Assembly (NCBI GenBank): GCA_001643675.2
Contig: LSRY02000046.1
Span: 310,001-374,000 of the forward strand
Reading direction: 5' to 3'
Origin: Monocercomonoides exilis PA203
Taxonomy: Eukaryota > Protista > Preaxostyla
DNA: 64,000 nucleotides
The number at the start of each line of letters is the position of its first letter. The first letter of the stretch is position 1. The notes beneath the pieces are model-generated. The model ran no database searches, was not told the DNA's origin, and saw only the letters and a program-made list of their open reading frames with translations. The position numbers and the translations under genes are program-made. Below, in pieces: positions 35,081-47,511 of this stretch.

Positions 35081-35789
35081 AAATGCCTTTGTGGCCATCC
35101 AGATGCCCATTTGCTTGCACTTTGAAATGGCTTTGTGTTGTTTGGCGAGGAGAGAGAATGGCCAAGCGGAGCTGGGGAAAAGGAAGGAAGAAGGCTCGAA
35201 ACAAGTTGGGATCGAGAAATGGGGAAAGGGAAGGGAAAGCGAACAAAATAAATGCTTCATGTGCATGTGTGCTCGTGTGAAAAAGAAAGACTCTTTTAAG
35301 CGTGTTGAAGAAATGCTGGCAGAAGGTTGCAAGAGCACGCAGAATGAATGTGCTTTTGGTGTGCATGTTTTTGTCCACCATTGAATATTTTATTAACACA
35401 CGCCACCGATAATTCGAAAAAGCAAAGCCAAAACTCTATTTTTATCAGTTGACGAATGTTGCTTACCAAAAATGGCTTGCACATCTGCGTCATAGATTTT
35501 GTTTGACAGAATTGTTTGGGGCGTATCAAGATATTTTAAAGCAAGATTGTTGTTTTAAGAATAAATTTTTTTATTAATCTGGTAAGTGCAAAATAAACAA
35601 CCGTAGACAAAATTCTGTATAGTTAATAACAATAATAATAATAAACCGATGAATATTGCTTGGAACAATTTCTTTCATGCGGAAACTTTTAAAAGGACCC
35701 AAGAAATTTATTATTTTTCATCTCGAAATATGGATTTTTTCAGAAATTTTGGTCTAATTATTCATTATGCAATTATTTTCTGATTGCAC

Positions 35790-36815
35790 ATGGATGATCT
35801 TGAATTCTAAATTAGCTTCTTCAACGAATTATTTCTTAACGCAAATGATACATGGGAATGGTTCAGAAATGAAGTGTTGAATCAAAGATACAAAGAATGT
35901 ACAAATTGCCATTATGAAATTTTTCTCAATGAATGAAATCCTAATTCCAGGCAATGGAGGTGCTTCAGATGCAATCAAACAATAAGCCTGCTATCAAATC
36001 TTTCAAAAGAAAATCAAAAAATATGAATTTAAAAAAAATGGATTTTTTCATTTATAAATGGATGAAGCTTTCAATTTTTCAAACTTCTTCACTTCTTGGT
36101 GTCCATAGAAACACAGTTGGTTTTTACTATTCCCTTGCAACAGCAGCAATGGTGCAGAGCGCAGAATCAACATTTCAGCCAATTGGAGGAGAAAATTCAA
36201 TTGTCGAAATTAACAAAGCAATTTTGAACAAAAGAAAATATTATAAAGGCAGATGGAAGAAGCAGATCTGGCTATTTGGAGCTGCACAAAAAACTCAGGA
36301 CGGGAAACAAGGATGCTTTTTTTATTTTCAGAGTCCCTAAAAGAAAAAAAGACACATTGCTATCAATCATTCAAGCAAACATCTTTCCAGGAACAATGAT
36401 TCACAGTGATGAATGCAGAGCGTTCTCATCTCTCAGTGATCTCGGTATTGGCCACAAAACAGTTTGTTGTGAATATCATATCAAAGACCCTGTTAGCGAA
36501 ATATGTGCCAACATGATTGAGGGACTTTGGAGTCAATTTCGAAAAGATTTGTCTCGCATGGGGCTGAAGGAGAAATTCATTGATGTTTATATTTCTTCTT
36601 TTGTGTTTCAAAAAAGAAAACAATCAACATTTGTTGAAACTGTGAGAGAGATTTGCCAATATAAAGTGGATGTATATATTGAAGAAGAAAATGAAGACCA
36701 CGAAGAAGATGATGACGAAGAGGATGTGCCAGTTTTTGCTGAACAAAATGAAGAAATTTCTGAGGATTCAACGGAAGTTTGCGATGGATCGGAGCATTCT
36801 GAATATGAACCCGAA

Positions 36816-36816
<1 letters not shown>
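35790..36816 (+). pseudogene. Inactivated ISXO2-like (IS1595/Merlin) DDE transposase
   Basis: N-terminal Zn ribbon (CTNC...WRCFRC) carries in-frame stops. Recognisable motifs: IGGENSIVEINKA (catalytic VEIDE degraded), KRKYYKGR, WLFG, RVPKRKKDTLLSIIQANIFPGTMIHSDE, KDP and NMIEGLWS. At least two frameshifts (~36000, ~36320). Confidence 0.9.

Positions 36817-36864
<48 letters not shown>
36817..36864 (+). repeat. Poly(A) tract, ~48 nt
   Basis: Uninterrupted A run directly after the transposase C-terminus (EYEPE). Confidence 0.9.
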
Positions 36865-36865
<1 letters not shown>

Positions 36866-37013
36866 AGTTGCAAAGCTTGAATCATATTTATTAAGATATA
36901 TTTGTTTTCATATCAATTACTATAGCAAAATTTTTTTGAAAATTATATAGAAAAATTATAAAAATTTTTATCTAAATATTTATGATTTCAAAACTTTATA
37001 ATTTTTTTCTATA

Positions 37014-38553
37014 GGTTAATTTTTCTATCCGGACTTTTTTTTTAACCGGACAAAAATTTAAAATTAAAATATCTCAACAAATATTCAATATTAATTTACA
37101 GAAATTTGCATAGTTGTATATTAACATTCATGACATCTATTCATATACAAAATTTTAATAGCAGTGTTGTATATTTTTAGAAATAAATTATTTTTATTTT
37201 TGAAAATCCGACTTTTGATGAAATTTTCTATTTTAATGAAATGATTCAATTCATCTTTTAATCACACATCTTATTTTTTCAATGTAATAAGCAATTCTGG
37301 TTATTTTTTTTCCCCAGCAATTTGCTCGTTTTGACGGAATGGAAATCCATCATTTTCAAAAAATCTCACTCAATGGGACAACTTAAAAAATGTTTTTCAT
37401 TAAATGCAGAAACATCTAACTAAAACCAACACTTGCATTATTTAATATGATAGTTGTATATATTTATTACAAAGTTATAATAAAAATTATTCCGTGAAGC
37501 TTCAAAAAAATAAATTTTAACCATATTTCAAAATAAATGAACATTAAAAATAAACTATTTTCAAAGCAAATTACATTTATGATATCTCTTTTAAATTATT
37601 ATTAATAACAACAAGGCAGTAATTAGCATTATGATGTTTAATGGTATTCACTGAAATCGTAAAAAAAACAACATGGTATGTTGACAAATATTATATCATT
37701 GTTTTTTATGCTAATGATTTTGTGCGTAAATGTTTTCTCATGAAATTGAAATAATTAGAAAATTCTTTATTTCAAACCATTAATGGGATATAATTAAAAA
37801 ATCAAAAATTGGAAAAGAATACATAAAACTGAGATCCGATGTTGCCAAAGATAAAAAAATATGTTTTTATGATTGAGATGTTTATCAAGGAGATGGAGAA
37901 GGTGAAAATTACTTCGGAATGCATTCTTTAGTTGAAATTCGAATTACGAAAAAATCGAAATGATTTTTTTTTATTTTTTGTCAAATACACATTTCCGCAA
38001 ACTTTTATCATACAGCACATGCTTAAAACAGCATATATAATCAGAATATAGTGTTTTTTGTGAAAGTTGCAAAATGCCATATTGTACTATTATGCCCAGT
38101 AATTTTAAATAACTATTACATTAAATAATGCAAGTGTTGGTTTTAGTTAGATGTTTCTGCATTTAATGAAAAATATTTTTTAAGTTGTCCCATTGAGTGA
38201 GATTTTTTGAAAATGATGGATTTCCATTCCGTCAAAACGAGCAAATTGCTGGGGAAAAAAAATAACCAGAATTGCTTATTACATTGAAAAAATAAGATGT
38301 GTGATTAAAAGATGAATTGAATCATTTCATTAAAATAGAAAATTTCATCAAAAGTCGGATTTTCAAAAATAAAAATAATTTATTTCTAAAAATATACAAC
38401 ACTGCTATTAAAATTTTGTATATGAATAGATGTCATGAATGTTAATATACAACTATGCAAATTTCTGTAAATTAATATTGAATATTTGTTGAGATATTTT
38501 AATTTTAAATTTTTGTCCGGTTAAAAAAAAAAGTCCGGATAAAAAAACCACCC
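37014..38553. mobile_element. Non-autonomous long-TIR (foldback/MITE-like) DNA transposon, 1540 bp, TA-flanked
   Basis: 37014-~37456 is the near-perfect reverse complement of ~38112-38553 (for example CCCCAGCAATTTGCTCGTTTTGACGGAATGGAAATCC and its complement). TA at 37012-13 and 38554-55. No ORF in the ~650-bp spacer. Confidence 0.9.
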
Positions 38554-39190
38554 TATTTCCGCAAAAAGTTGAAAGAAAAAAACATATGTGCACGACATGT
38601 TATCATCATCGCTTCAACATATGTCAATATTATTCACGATCGTATATTGTGCATTAACCAATTCGAAAATGTTATATTCATTTTTTAATGCAGTAATACT
38701 TGTTTCAAATCGTTTATAATATGATACTGATAAAATGGATCTAACCGCAAATGTATTTATTTTTTTGATTGCACTAAGAAAACAAAAAAAGAAACTACCC
38801 AATAAAACGAAAAGCACTCAAATGAAAATAAAAAGAAATTCAAAATTTAAATATGAATAGAAATTAAAGCTGATAACGGATAAAATTAAAAAATAAAAAT
38901 TGACTTATAAGTTATTTCTCAACAAACTGAAAAATAAATACACAGAATTGGTAAAAGGAAACCGAATTTTTTGCAAAAAACGTGTAAAGCAAATAAAGCT
39001 TTTCTCTTCGTTTTTAAAAACGTTTATAAATTGTATGCTTCGTGATTACTTATTCATCCACTCACATTTAACTCATCGAACCACAAAATAACGAAACAAA
39101 TTTCAATTATAATCATGACTTTCATTAATAACAGGAAAAAAAAAAAAAAAAAAAACCTGAAATAAAATAAAGCCAGTACATCAAAATCTC

Positions 39191-42100
39191 TCACCACCAA
39201 CTCTTATCAGAGGGAAATTGCCCATCGCTTCCACTTTCTGCCACTTCGCTGTGAATCTGCTGTGAATCTGTCCAATTGTCCATCAATGAGCGAGAAGAGT
39301 GGGAAGCGCGAGAAAAAGCAGAAGAAGACACAGACTCTGACTCAGATGGTGTGTCAGCCAGTAAGCAGTCCATTTTCATTGAACCTTCCACTCCTTCTAA
39401 TCCATCAAATGAAGTCGCAGGCGAAGGAGCAGATGTTAACGATACTGATGATGATGCATTCAACATGGTTACTTTGTGCTGTTGCTGTGCGGGAGACGGA
39501 TGATGCAGCTGAATGGAACAGGAAGATGTGTCTGCCAGCCCATCCACAATTGATGAGGAAATGGCAAAAGAGGAAGAAGATGGAGAAGGAGAAGAAGAAG
39601 AAGAAGATTCTTTTGATAGAAATTGATAGTTCAATTTGTCAGATGACTGAGCCAGTAGAGTGGAAGAAGAGAGAGAATTGAAAGGTAAGTGTGGAATAAG
39701 AGAATCCAACGTTGAATTCGTCAAATGCAAAGCAGGACAGAAATCAGATGTTGATTGTGTAGCAACCTCATTGTCTGAAATGACCTTGTTTTCTCGTTCT
39801 TCCTTTGGAAAATTACTTGCAGAATCTTGTTTATCGGAAATTGATTGGAGATCTTGTGATGGAGATGCTAATGAAGAAGAAGAAGAAAATGACAAAGATG
39901 ATGATGATGAAATAGAAGAAGAACTGGAACTGGAATCAGATTTAGATTTGGTTTTGGAATTGGAAGGTGGAGGAGGAAAGAACAAAAAAGTTTCATTGCT
40001 CATATTTACATTCATTTTTATATCTGACTTTTGATTTGCTGTGTCGTTAAAGCGATCGGCAGAATGAACATGAAAACTTTCTGAGGGAAGCGTGTGTGAA
40101 AGAGAAGCAGCACTTTTCGCTTCCACTTCTTCCTTTGTGCCCATCTCGTCCTTCCTGGTGAAAAGGGCAGGGTTGTTTGTCTTTGAAAGAGAGGAGCAAA
40201 AGGACTTGTCGGAAGAATAGCTCAAAGAAACGCCGGAATCTTTGTCTTCTTCGGTAGGTTTGCTTCTTGCTAAATTTTCATTTTTTTCTTCCTCTTTTCT
40301 CTCTTCTGTTTTCTCCCCTTGTTTTTCCTTCTCAACTTCTGATTTCAAACCAGAATGAGACGATGCTGCACTGTCGCTATTGCTTTCTCTAATTGACTCC
40401 AGCCGAGAAAAGCCAGATTTGAACAAATGAAGCGAAACCCCGCTTATTCTGTCATATTCATTGAGACTGTCATCCAATGCACTTTCACTTTCTCTTTCAC
40501 TGTGCTTGCTGTGGTTGCTATCATCGTCTGAATACAGCAGCTCTGTCTTCGCTCTGTTCCGTCGCTGCATCTGGGCAATCGACATAGAAGACGCCATTGA
40601 AATCTTCTTTCTCATTTCGCTGCTTCTCTCACTTCTGCCACTTCTGCTGCCATTGCTGCTTCCTTCACTTCCATTGCTTCCATTGCTTTCACTTGTTTTC
40701 TCCCTCATTCTCTTCTTCATCACCTCCTGCTGAATATGCACAGGTCGCTTCAGCTCCTCTGCAGACACAAATGGAATGGCACACAGAAGAGCAGAGCTTT
40801 TCAGTGGCTCATATGGCAGCAGCACATCCACAGACGACTCATCATCACACTCAGGAAAAGAGGCATTCTCAGACAAAAGAAGAGAATTATTATCGCTTGG
40901 CTTAACGCTGCTGCTGGTTTCTTGTGCGTCTGTTACGTGACAAGCTGTTTGTTCAGAAGTATTAGTCATTGAGGTTTCTTTGTTTCTTCCACTTTCTTCG
41001 CTTTTGTCATTTCCGTCATTTGATTCATTTACTCTTCTTTCGTTTTCTCCTTCATTCCCTTCCATCTCTTTCTTCTCCTTCTTCTTCTCCTTCTCCTTCT
41101 CCTTCTCCTTCTCCTTCTCCTTCTCCTTCTCCTTCTCCTCTTCATCCATTCTCCTCCTATCCGCATCCAGCGAGCCAAGTGCCACTGCATATCGCAGAAT
41201 GTCAAAGAAGTCCTCTCTCTTCAGCGCCACCAACGGTTCTGAGAAGAATTGAGGGGAATCTGCATACAGCTCAGCAGTTGGAGGGATGCGAAAGGGGAAG
41301 AAGAGAAGATCAGAAGACAGAGGAACAGACAAGTGTGTTAGTTGTTCATTGGAAGGGGTGCAGATTTCACTGTCTGAGGAGCCTGGAGCTATCAAATCAG
41401 ACTGAGAAGATTGAAAAGACACGGCAGAAGGGGCAGAGCTGAGTGTGGATGTGCTTTTCACAGACATTGACATCTGCTTCAGTCCATTCTCGAGTGATGA
41501 CTGAGACAGGAGCAAAGAACCAGACTCATATTGTGAGCTTTCAGAGTCCATAAGAGCGTTTCTGCGGGGTTTCAGCCCAGTCAGCTGGAGAGATGGGTCA
41601 ATGGAATGAATAGAAGAGGAAGAGGAGATGGAAGATGGAGATGAAGAGGATAAAGAAGAAGATGTGTTGAAGTTGTTTTTTTGCTCTGAATTTTGAGATT
41701 TAAATTCTTCTTTTTCAATGTCATTGTCTAAGTTTATCTTTAAATTCTCTTTTTGTTTATCGCATTTTGTTGTTGATGAATCTTCTTGCACCATTCGATG
41801 TTGATTGGTTTCGTCCGAATCTGCAATGTTAGTTCTCTTTCTCTCCTGTACTGAAGATGATGCATCTGCAGAAAGTTCATTAAGAGTAGCTATTTGTGTG
41901 GCTTGAGGGGCAATTTGAGACAATGATGAAGAAAGAACAGATGATGATGTAGAAGATGAAGATGAAGAAGGGGAGAAGGAAGAGGAAGAAGAAGACGTTG
42001 ATGATGATGATGATGATGAAGTAGTAGTAGTAGTAGTAGAAGTAGAAGAAGAAGAAGAAGAAGAAGAAGAAGAAGAAGAAGAAAGTGTTGCCTTTGAATT

Positions 42101-43034
42101 TGTTAAGTCATTCTTCTTTTCTGTCTGAGGCAGATGAAGTTGATCTGATTGTGTTTCTGCGCCTTTTGCAGCAGAAGACAGAGAAAGAGGAAGATAAGAA
42201 AGTTTGTCTGAAATGTTTGAAGAAGAAGAAGAAGAAGAAGAGGTGTTTGTCTGAATTTGACGTGGAGGAGAAGAGAATTGCATTGGAAGAGGAGCGGATG
42301 GATGTGAAAAGGTGAATGAAGAAGAAGGAGGAAGAGAAGAGGGAGAAGAGGAAGAAGAGGAAGAGGAAGAGAAGGAGGAAGGCGAGGAAGATGATGAGGA
42401 GGAAAAGGATGATGAGGAGGAAAAAGAAGAAGATGCAGAAGAAACAGAAGAAACAGAAGAAGAAGGATGATGATGATGTGAAGGAGGAAGACGAGGAGGA
42501 GGTGAAAGTGTGATTGTGGGTGATGTGGAAGACGAAGACAGCAAAGAAGGAGGGGAAAGAGAAGCCAAAGGCAAAGATTGATTGACAAGATTGGTTTCAT
42601 TCACTTGAGGAAGAGAAGAAGAAGAAGAAGAAGAAGATGTTGCTGTTGTTGTTGGATATGAATGATGGAGAGGAGGAAGAAAAGAAGAGGAGGAAGAGGA
42701 AGAAGAATGAAATGAAGCATTCGAAGAAGAAGAAGAAGGAGAATTTGAAGAAGGAGAATGAGGAGGAGGAAGAGAAGGAATAGAAGAAGATATGATTGTG
42801 CTTGAGCTTCTATTTCCAGGTAGAGCAACAGGAGAAGAAGGGAAAAGAGGCAGAGAAGGAGAAGTGAATGCAACTTGAGAAATAGGAAGGTTTGGAGTGT
42901 GCTGATGATATGAAGCAAAAGAAGGGGAGGTGTTTGAAGAAGAAGAGAGAGGGAGGGTGTCTTGATTGGAAGGAGGTTGGATGAGAGAGGAGAGAAGAGA
43001 GAAATCAGAGTGGGAAGACAAAGAGGATGGGTAA

Positions 43035-43065
<31 letters not shown>

Positions 43066-45244
43066 GGGAAGAGATTGAATGAGCAATAGAAAGATTAGTG
43101 GCTGATGGAATGAGAGAAACATCAGAAGAAATAGCAGAAGCAGAAGAAGAAGAAGAAGAAGAAGAAGAGCTTGTAGAAGCAGAGGAAAAAAAAGAGTCAA
43201 TGGAAGAAGAGATGGCTGAAGACTTGTTTGTGTGTTCAGAAAAGTTTGATGAAGCAAACATGGAAGAAGTGGCAGAGGTTGAGTGAAGTGAAGGGTAAAA
43301 GGAAGAAGACGCAGCAGAAGAAGAGAAGTTGGAGGGATTGGAGAGAGAGCTGAGTGTGGTTGCACAAGAAGATAAGGAAAGAGAGGGACGAAGAGTGGAA
43401 GAGGAAGGGGAAGAAGAAGAAGAAGAAGAAGAAGAAGAAGAAGAGGCAGAAGTCAAAAAAGAAGCAGAGCTACTATCAATTGAATGGTTCTTTGAAGAGG
43501 AAAGAGAAGAAGCAGTTTTTGAAGAGGCGATGGAAGAGGTGTTGGTTGTGATGAGGCTGCTGCTTGTCTTCTGAGAGGGATTGAAAGAAGGGGTTTTTGC
43601 AGACAGACCAGAAAGAGAGACACGAGGGGGAAGCTGAAGAGAAAGAGGGACGAAGGAGAAAGAGGTTGAGGAAGAAGAGGAAGAGGAAGGAGAAGAAGAA
43701 GAAGAAGAAGAAGGTGAGGAAGAGGAAGGAGATGAGGAGGAAGAAGGAGAAGGAGAAGAAGACTGATAAGAATAAGGCTGAGGTGGATGTGCATGTGTAT
43801 GTGTTGCAGCAGCAGAATGAGTGGAAGGCATCTGTTGATAGTGCTGATGAGGCATAAAAGGCGGTGTGGTGTTCGAATATCCCTCAACAGCAGCGAGAGG
43901 CATCGAATACTCTGGGCGTGGCTGCATAGGGCTGATCATGCCACTTTGGTGATACGAAACATAAGACGCAGGATCAGACCCAGAATTTGTGTGATTCGCC
44001 GGATTTGCAAGTGCCGGAAACGAAATGCCGGAAAAACCGCCGGCTTGTGATAGAAAATATGTTGGGGTCTTTCGCGGGCGTGTGCGGAAAACAGAAGACG
44101 TCACGTTGCGCAGCTGCGGCAGGCGGATGTCTGTGTCGACGCGGATGTTCCAGCAGAAGTAGAATGTCATGCGCTCGGCATTGAATCCGTACGGGTACTC
44201 CTTCAGCGCCCTCTCCACGCACAGCGAGGCGTCTGACGAGTCGCTGCTCTCGGGAAACATCACGTACCCGTAGTCTTGCACCTTCCCGTTCTCTGATGGC
44301 ACAAACACATCGTCCTGCTTCAGAAAAAACGTCTCTGGTGGTAGCCTTTGTTCAACAACTGACGTTGGCACGGCACTTATGTGCTTAAGCTTGTCCCACA
44401 CGCACTGCTTGATGACTTCGCTTTTCAGAGCCATGGGATAATGCCTTCCAATTACGAATGAAAGTGTGTTTTTACCAATATTAACATTTGCCCAGTGAGC
44501 AGTAATCGGAATACTCACAGATGGAAGAGATGGAAGATAGTCATGTGCTTTGATTGCTTCAGATCGTTTTTCAAATTGAAAAAAGCATGTATGAAATTCT
44601 GTTGACAAAGACGCGCCCGTTATTTTTCCAAAAAATTGCCTCCAAAAGAAATTGAATAATAAAAATTGAATAATATTTTAATAAAAAATTTAGCATTCGC
44701 AAAAACATACTCGCAAAGCATCATTAATTGGCAACAAAAGTCTTGATTGAGATCTCCTCTAATTGCAATGGTCTTATTCCTGAAAGCAGGTTGAATTCTA
44801 TATTCGAAATTTTCAATTAGCTTTAATTATTTAATTTAAAAAATTATATATTGATTTCAAAAAAATAAGCAAATAAATACCACGGATGAATGTTGTAAAA
44901 GCGCAGCTGCAGATTCTTCTTTAACGAAATATAAAAATATATATCCTTGAGACGTTTGTTGCTTATTTTGTTTGTTTATTCTTTCAATTTCTCCAATATC
45001 CAAAAAATGTTCCTGCAATGTTTCTTGCGATAAAGAAAGTGGTACGTCGAGCAATTTTACTCCTCCTTAAAAAAATTTTTTTCGTTTATTAATTCTTTAA
45101 TCACACAAATAAAGAGTAATATCTATTCAAACTTAATTCGTCATCCATTTTCGTGAGATCTGTATTCAAGAAAATATTGCAAATTAACTCAAATAAATTA
45201 ATAAAATATTACATACCACGTTGCTGAGGTTGAAATGTCATCAT
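39191..45244 (-). CDS. RNA-binding protein with about three divergent N-terminal RRMs and a very long Ser/Pro-rich low-complexity C-terminus
   Basis: Four small 5' exons splice in frame onto ORF 39191..44608. They read MMTFQPQQR / DLTKMDDEL / RGVKLLDVP...GYIFLYF / LIENFEYRIQPAF. RNP1-like motifs: GYIFLYF, TCFFQF and DYGYVMF. Confidence 0.7.
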
Positions 45245-45466
45245 TTGAAATCAAAAAAACAAAATAAAAAGAAACTCGATGAATATTTTGTAATGGGAAA
45301 ATTATTGACGTTTTTCAAATACTTCAATTTTTTGTAATAATAATATTTGTTTGTTCATATCAACAAATTTCCATGATTTCTTCAATTGTTTCAGAACAAA
45401 TGTTGGTTTTGATCGTTTTTCAACAACAATTGAACTCCGATTGTTAAATAGCGAATTCGATTTATT

Positions 45467-46572
45467 ATGAGTTCATATTTAACCGATCACGGATATCTTG
45501 ATGGAATTGTGAGGGGGTATTACACTCAATTAATGAACTCCTCGGATTATGCGAACTTAACCCAGTGCGAAACTGTGGACGATATGAAGGTCCATTTATT
45601 GAACAGTGATTACGGAACTGTGTTCCAAGATGTTCCTTCACCTCTTACAGCACAGTCAGTTGCGGATGCTTGCACTGCAAAAATGGTGGAAGAGTTTCAT
45701 TACATTCGCTCAAATGCTTATGAACCCCTGACAAAATTCATGGACTACATTACGTATGATTACTTGTTAAATAATTTTTTGTTGTTCAATTGAATTAATT
45801 TTATTGCAATTGATTTAATAAAAGATATGGATATATGATTGATAACATCATTCTTATTCTTGGAGAAACAACAAGAGATGGTGATCCTCAAACAGCATTG
45901 GCAAAGTGTCATCCTCTTGGCGTTTTTGAAGGATTGACTGCGCTTTGCGTTGCTCAATCAACCGAAGAGCTGTATAATTTAGCACTCATAAACACTCCAC
46001 TTTCAAAGTACTTCATTTCGTGTTTAACTGTCGAGGATTTCGATGAAGTGCACATCGAAGTTATTCGTAACTTGTTGTACAAGGAATACCTTACGGACTT
46101 CTACAAATACAGCAAGACTTTGGGTGATGATACATTTGAAGTTATGGGAGAACTTCTTCGATTCGAGGCGGATCGTCGTTCAATCAACATCACTGTAAAT
46201 TCCTGGGGTACAACACTCAACAAGGACGAACGAAAAAGATTGTATCCTTCACTTGGAGAATTGTGGCCCGAGGGAACTCAGCGTCTTCAAGCTGCTGATG
46301 ATATGGAAGCCGTTGCAGCAGCTGTTGACCATGTCGATGAATATCGCGGAATGTTGCAAAATCTGCAGGAGAATCCAAGCAGAACGCTGGAAGATGAATT
46401 CATTGAACATGAGATGAAGCTGAACAGATTGGCGGTGCAGAGACAGATGCAATATGGAGCCTTTTATGCATACTTCAGACTGAAAGAACAGGAAATAAGA
46501 AACATTGTGTGGATTGCTGAATGCATTGCCCAGAAAAAGAAGGATAGAATCCAACAATTCGTTATGTTCTAA
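45467..46572 (+). CDS. VMA6: V-type ATPase V0 subunit d, 344 aa, 1 intron
   Basis: Motifs DHGYLDGIVRG, LTQCETVDDMKVHL, YMIDN, KCHPLG, FEADRRSINITVNS and LKEQEIRNIVWIAECIAQ. Intron 45754-45824 (GTATGA...AAAAG) restores the frame. Confidence 0.97.
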
Positions 46573-47511
46573 GTTCAGAGAGGGATATGGATCGTTGCAT
46601 TAGAGAAGAGAAATTTTACAGATAGCATTTTGAAAACTATGCTATCAAAGTTAATGTATTGGATTACAAAAATATTGTCACGATTTTACATATCAGTAAG
46701 AAATACAAAATCAACAAAAACGTTGGATTTGTGTTTTTAACACTTCGTGTTATGGCGTATTTCATTCTTATCGATCTTGAATATTCTTTCATGCAAAATG
46801 TGAATTTTTTGCTTTAACTTACTTTCTCATTTCTTTCATGTCATTATCAACTCTTTTGAATATTCTTAAACTTTTCTATGAGTTTTATCATTATCTTTCA
46901 AATGAGTTATCAATATTCAAAATCTGCATTGAATGCATAAGTAAACCGAAATGAAATTGGAAAAAAGAAGTGATGTCCGATATTTTTGAATGGCATTGTA
47001 TTGAACAATTGAGAACAAAAATATCTTCATGAATAATAAAATTTTCTAATCGTTCACTCCAGTTTCAGGGAAATTATTCAAGAAGAGCTGTCTTTAATCA
47101 ATATTCAACAGAAATAATTTGATAAAACTGTAAAGAAGGTGAGATTTGTCGTATAAATCAGAATGGCATTTGCAACGCATTAAAAATATTTACGTCAATG
47201 GATTCTTTCGAACATGGGACAATATTTTTTGCATTATGAAATTTGTTCCACATGGAACTTTCAAAGATTTTCCTCGGTTTTTGAATATTTCTTTATTATA
47301 TTTTGAATGAGAATGTCAGAAAAATAATTTAACGATTGCAGTTAAAGTTTAAAACAAATTATTGATATTTTCATCAAAGCGAATATTCTGCCCCACATGT
47401 CATCTTGAAAAAAAGTTTTTTATGATTTAGATCGTTGATTTTTTTGATAAATATTTTGAAGAAACGATTTTTTTCCAATTTATTTATTGAAGTCATATAT
47501 AAAATGCGTTA

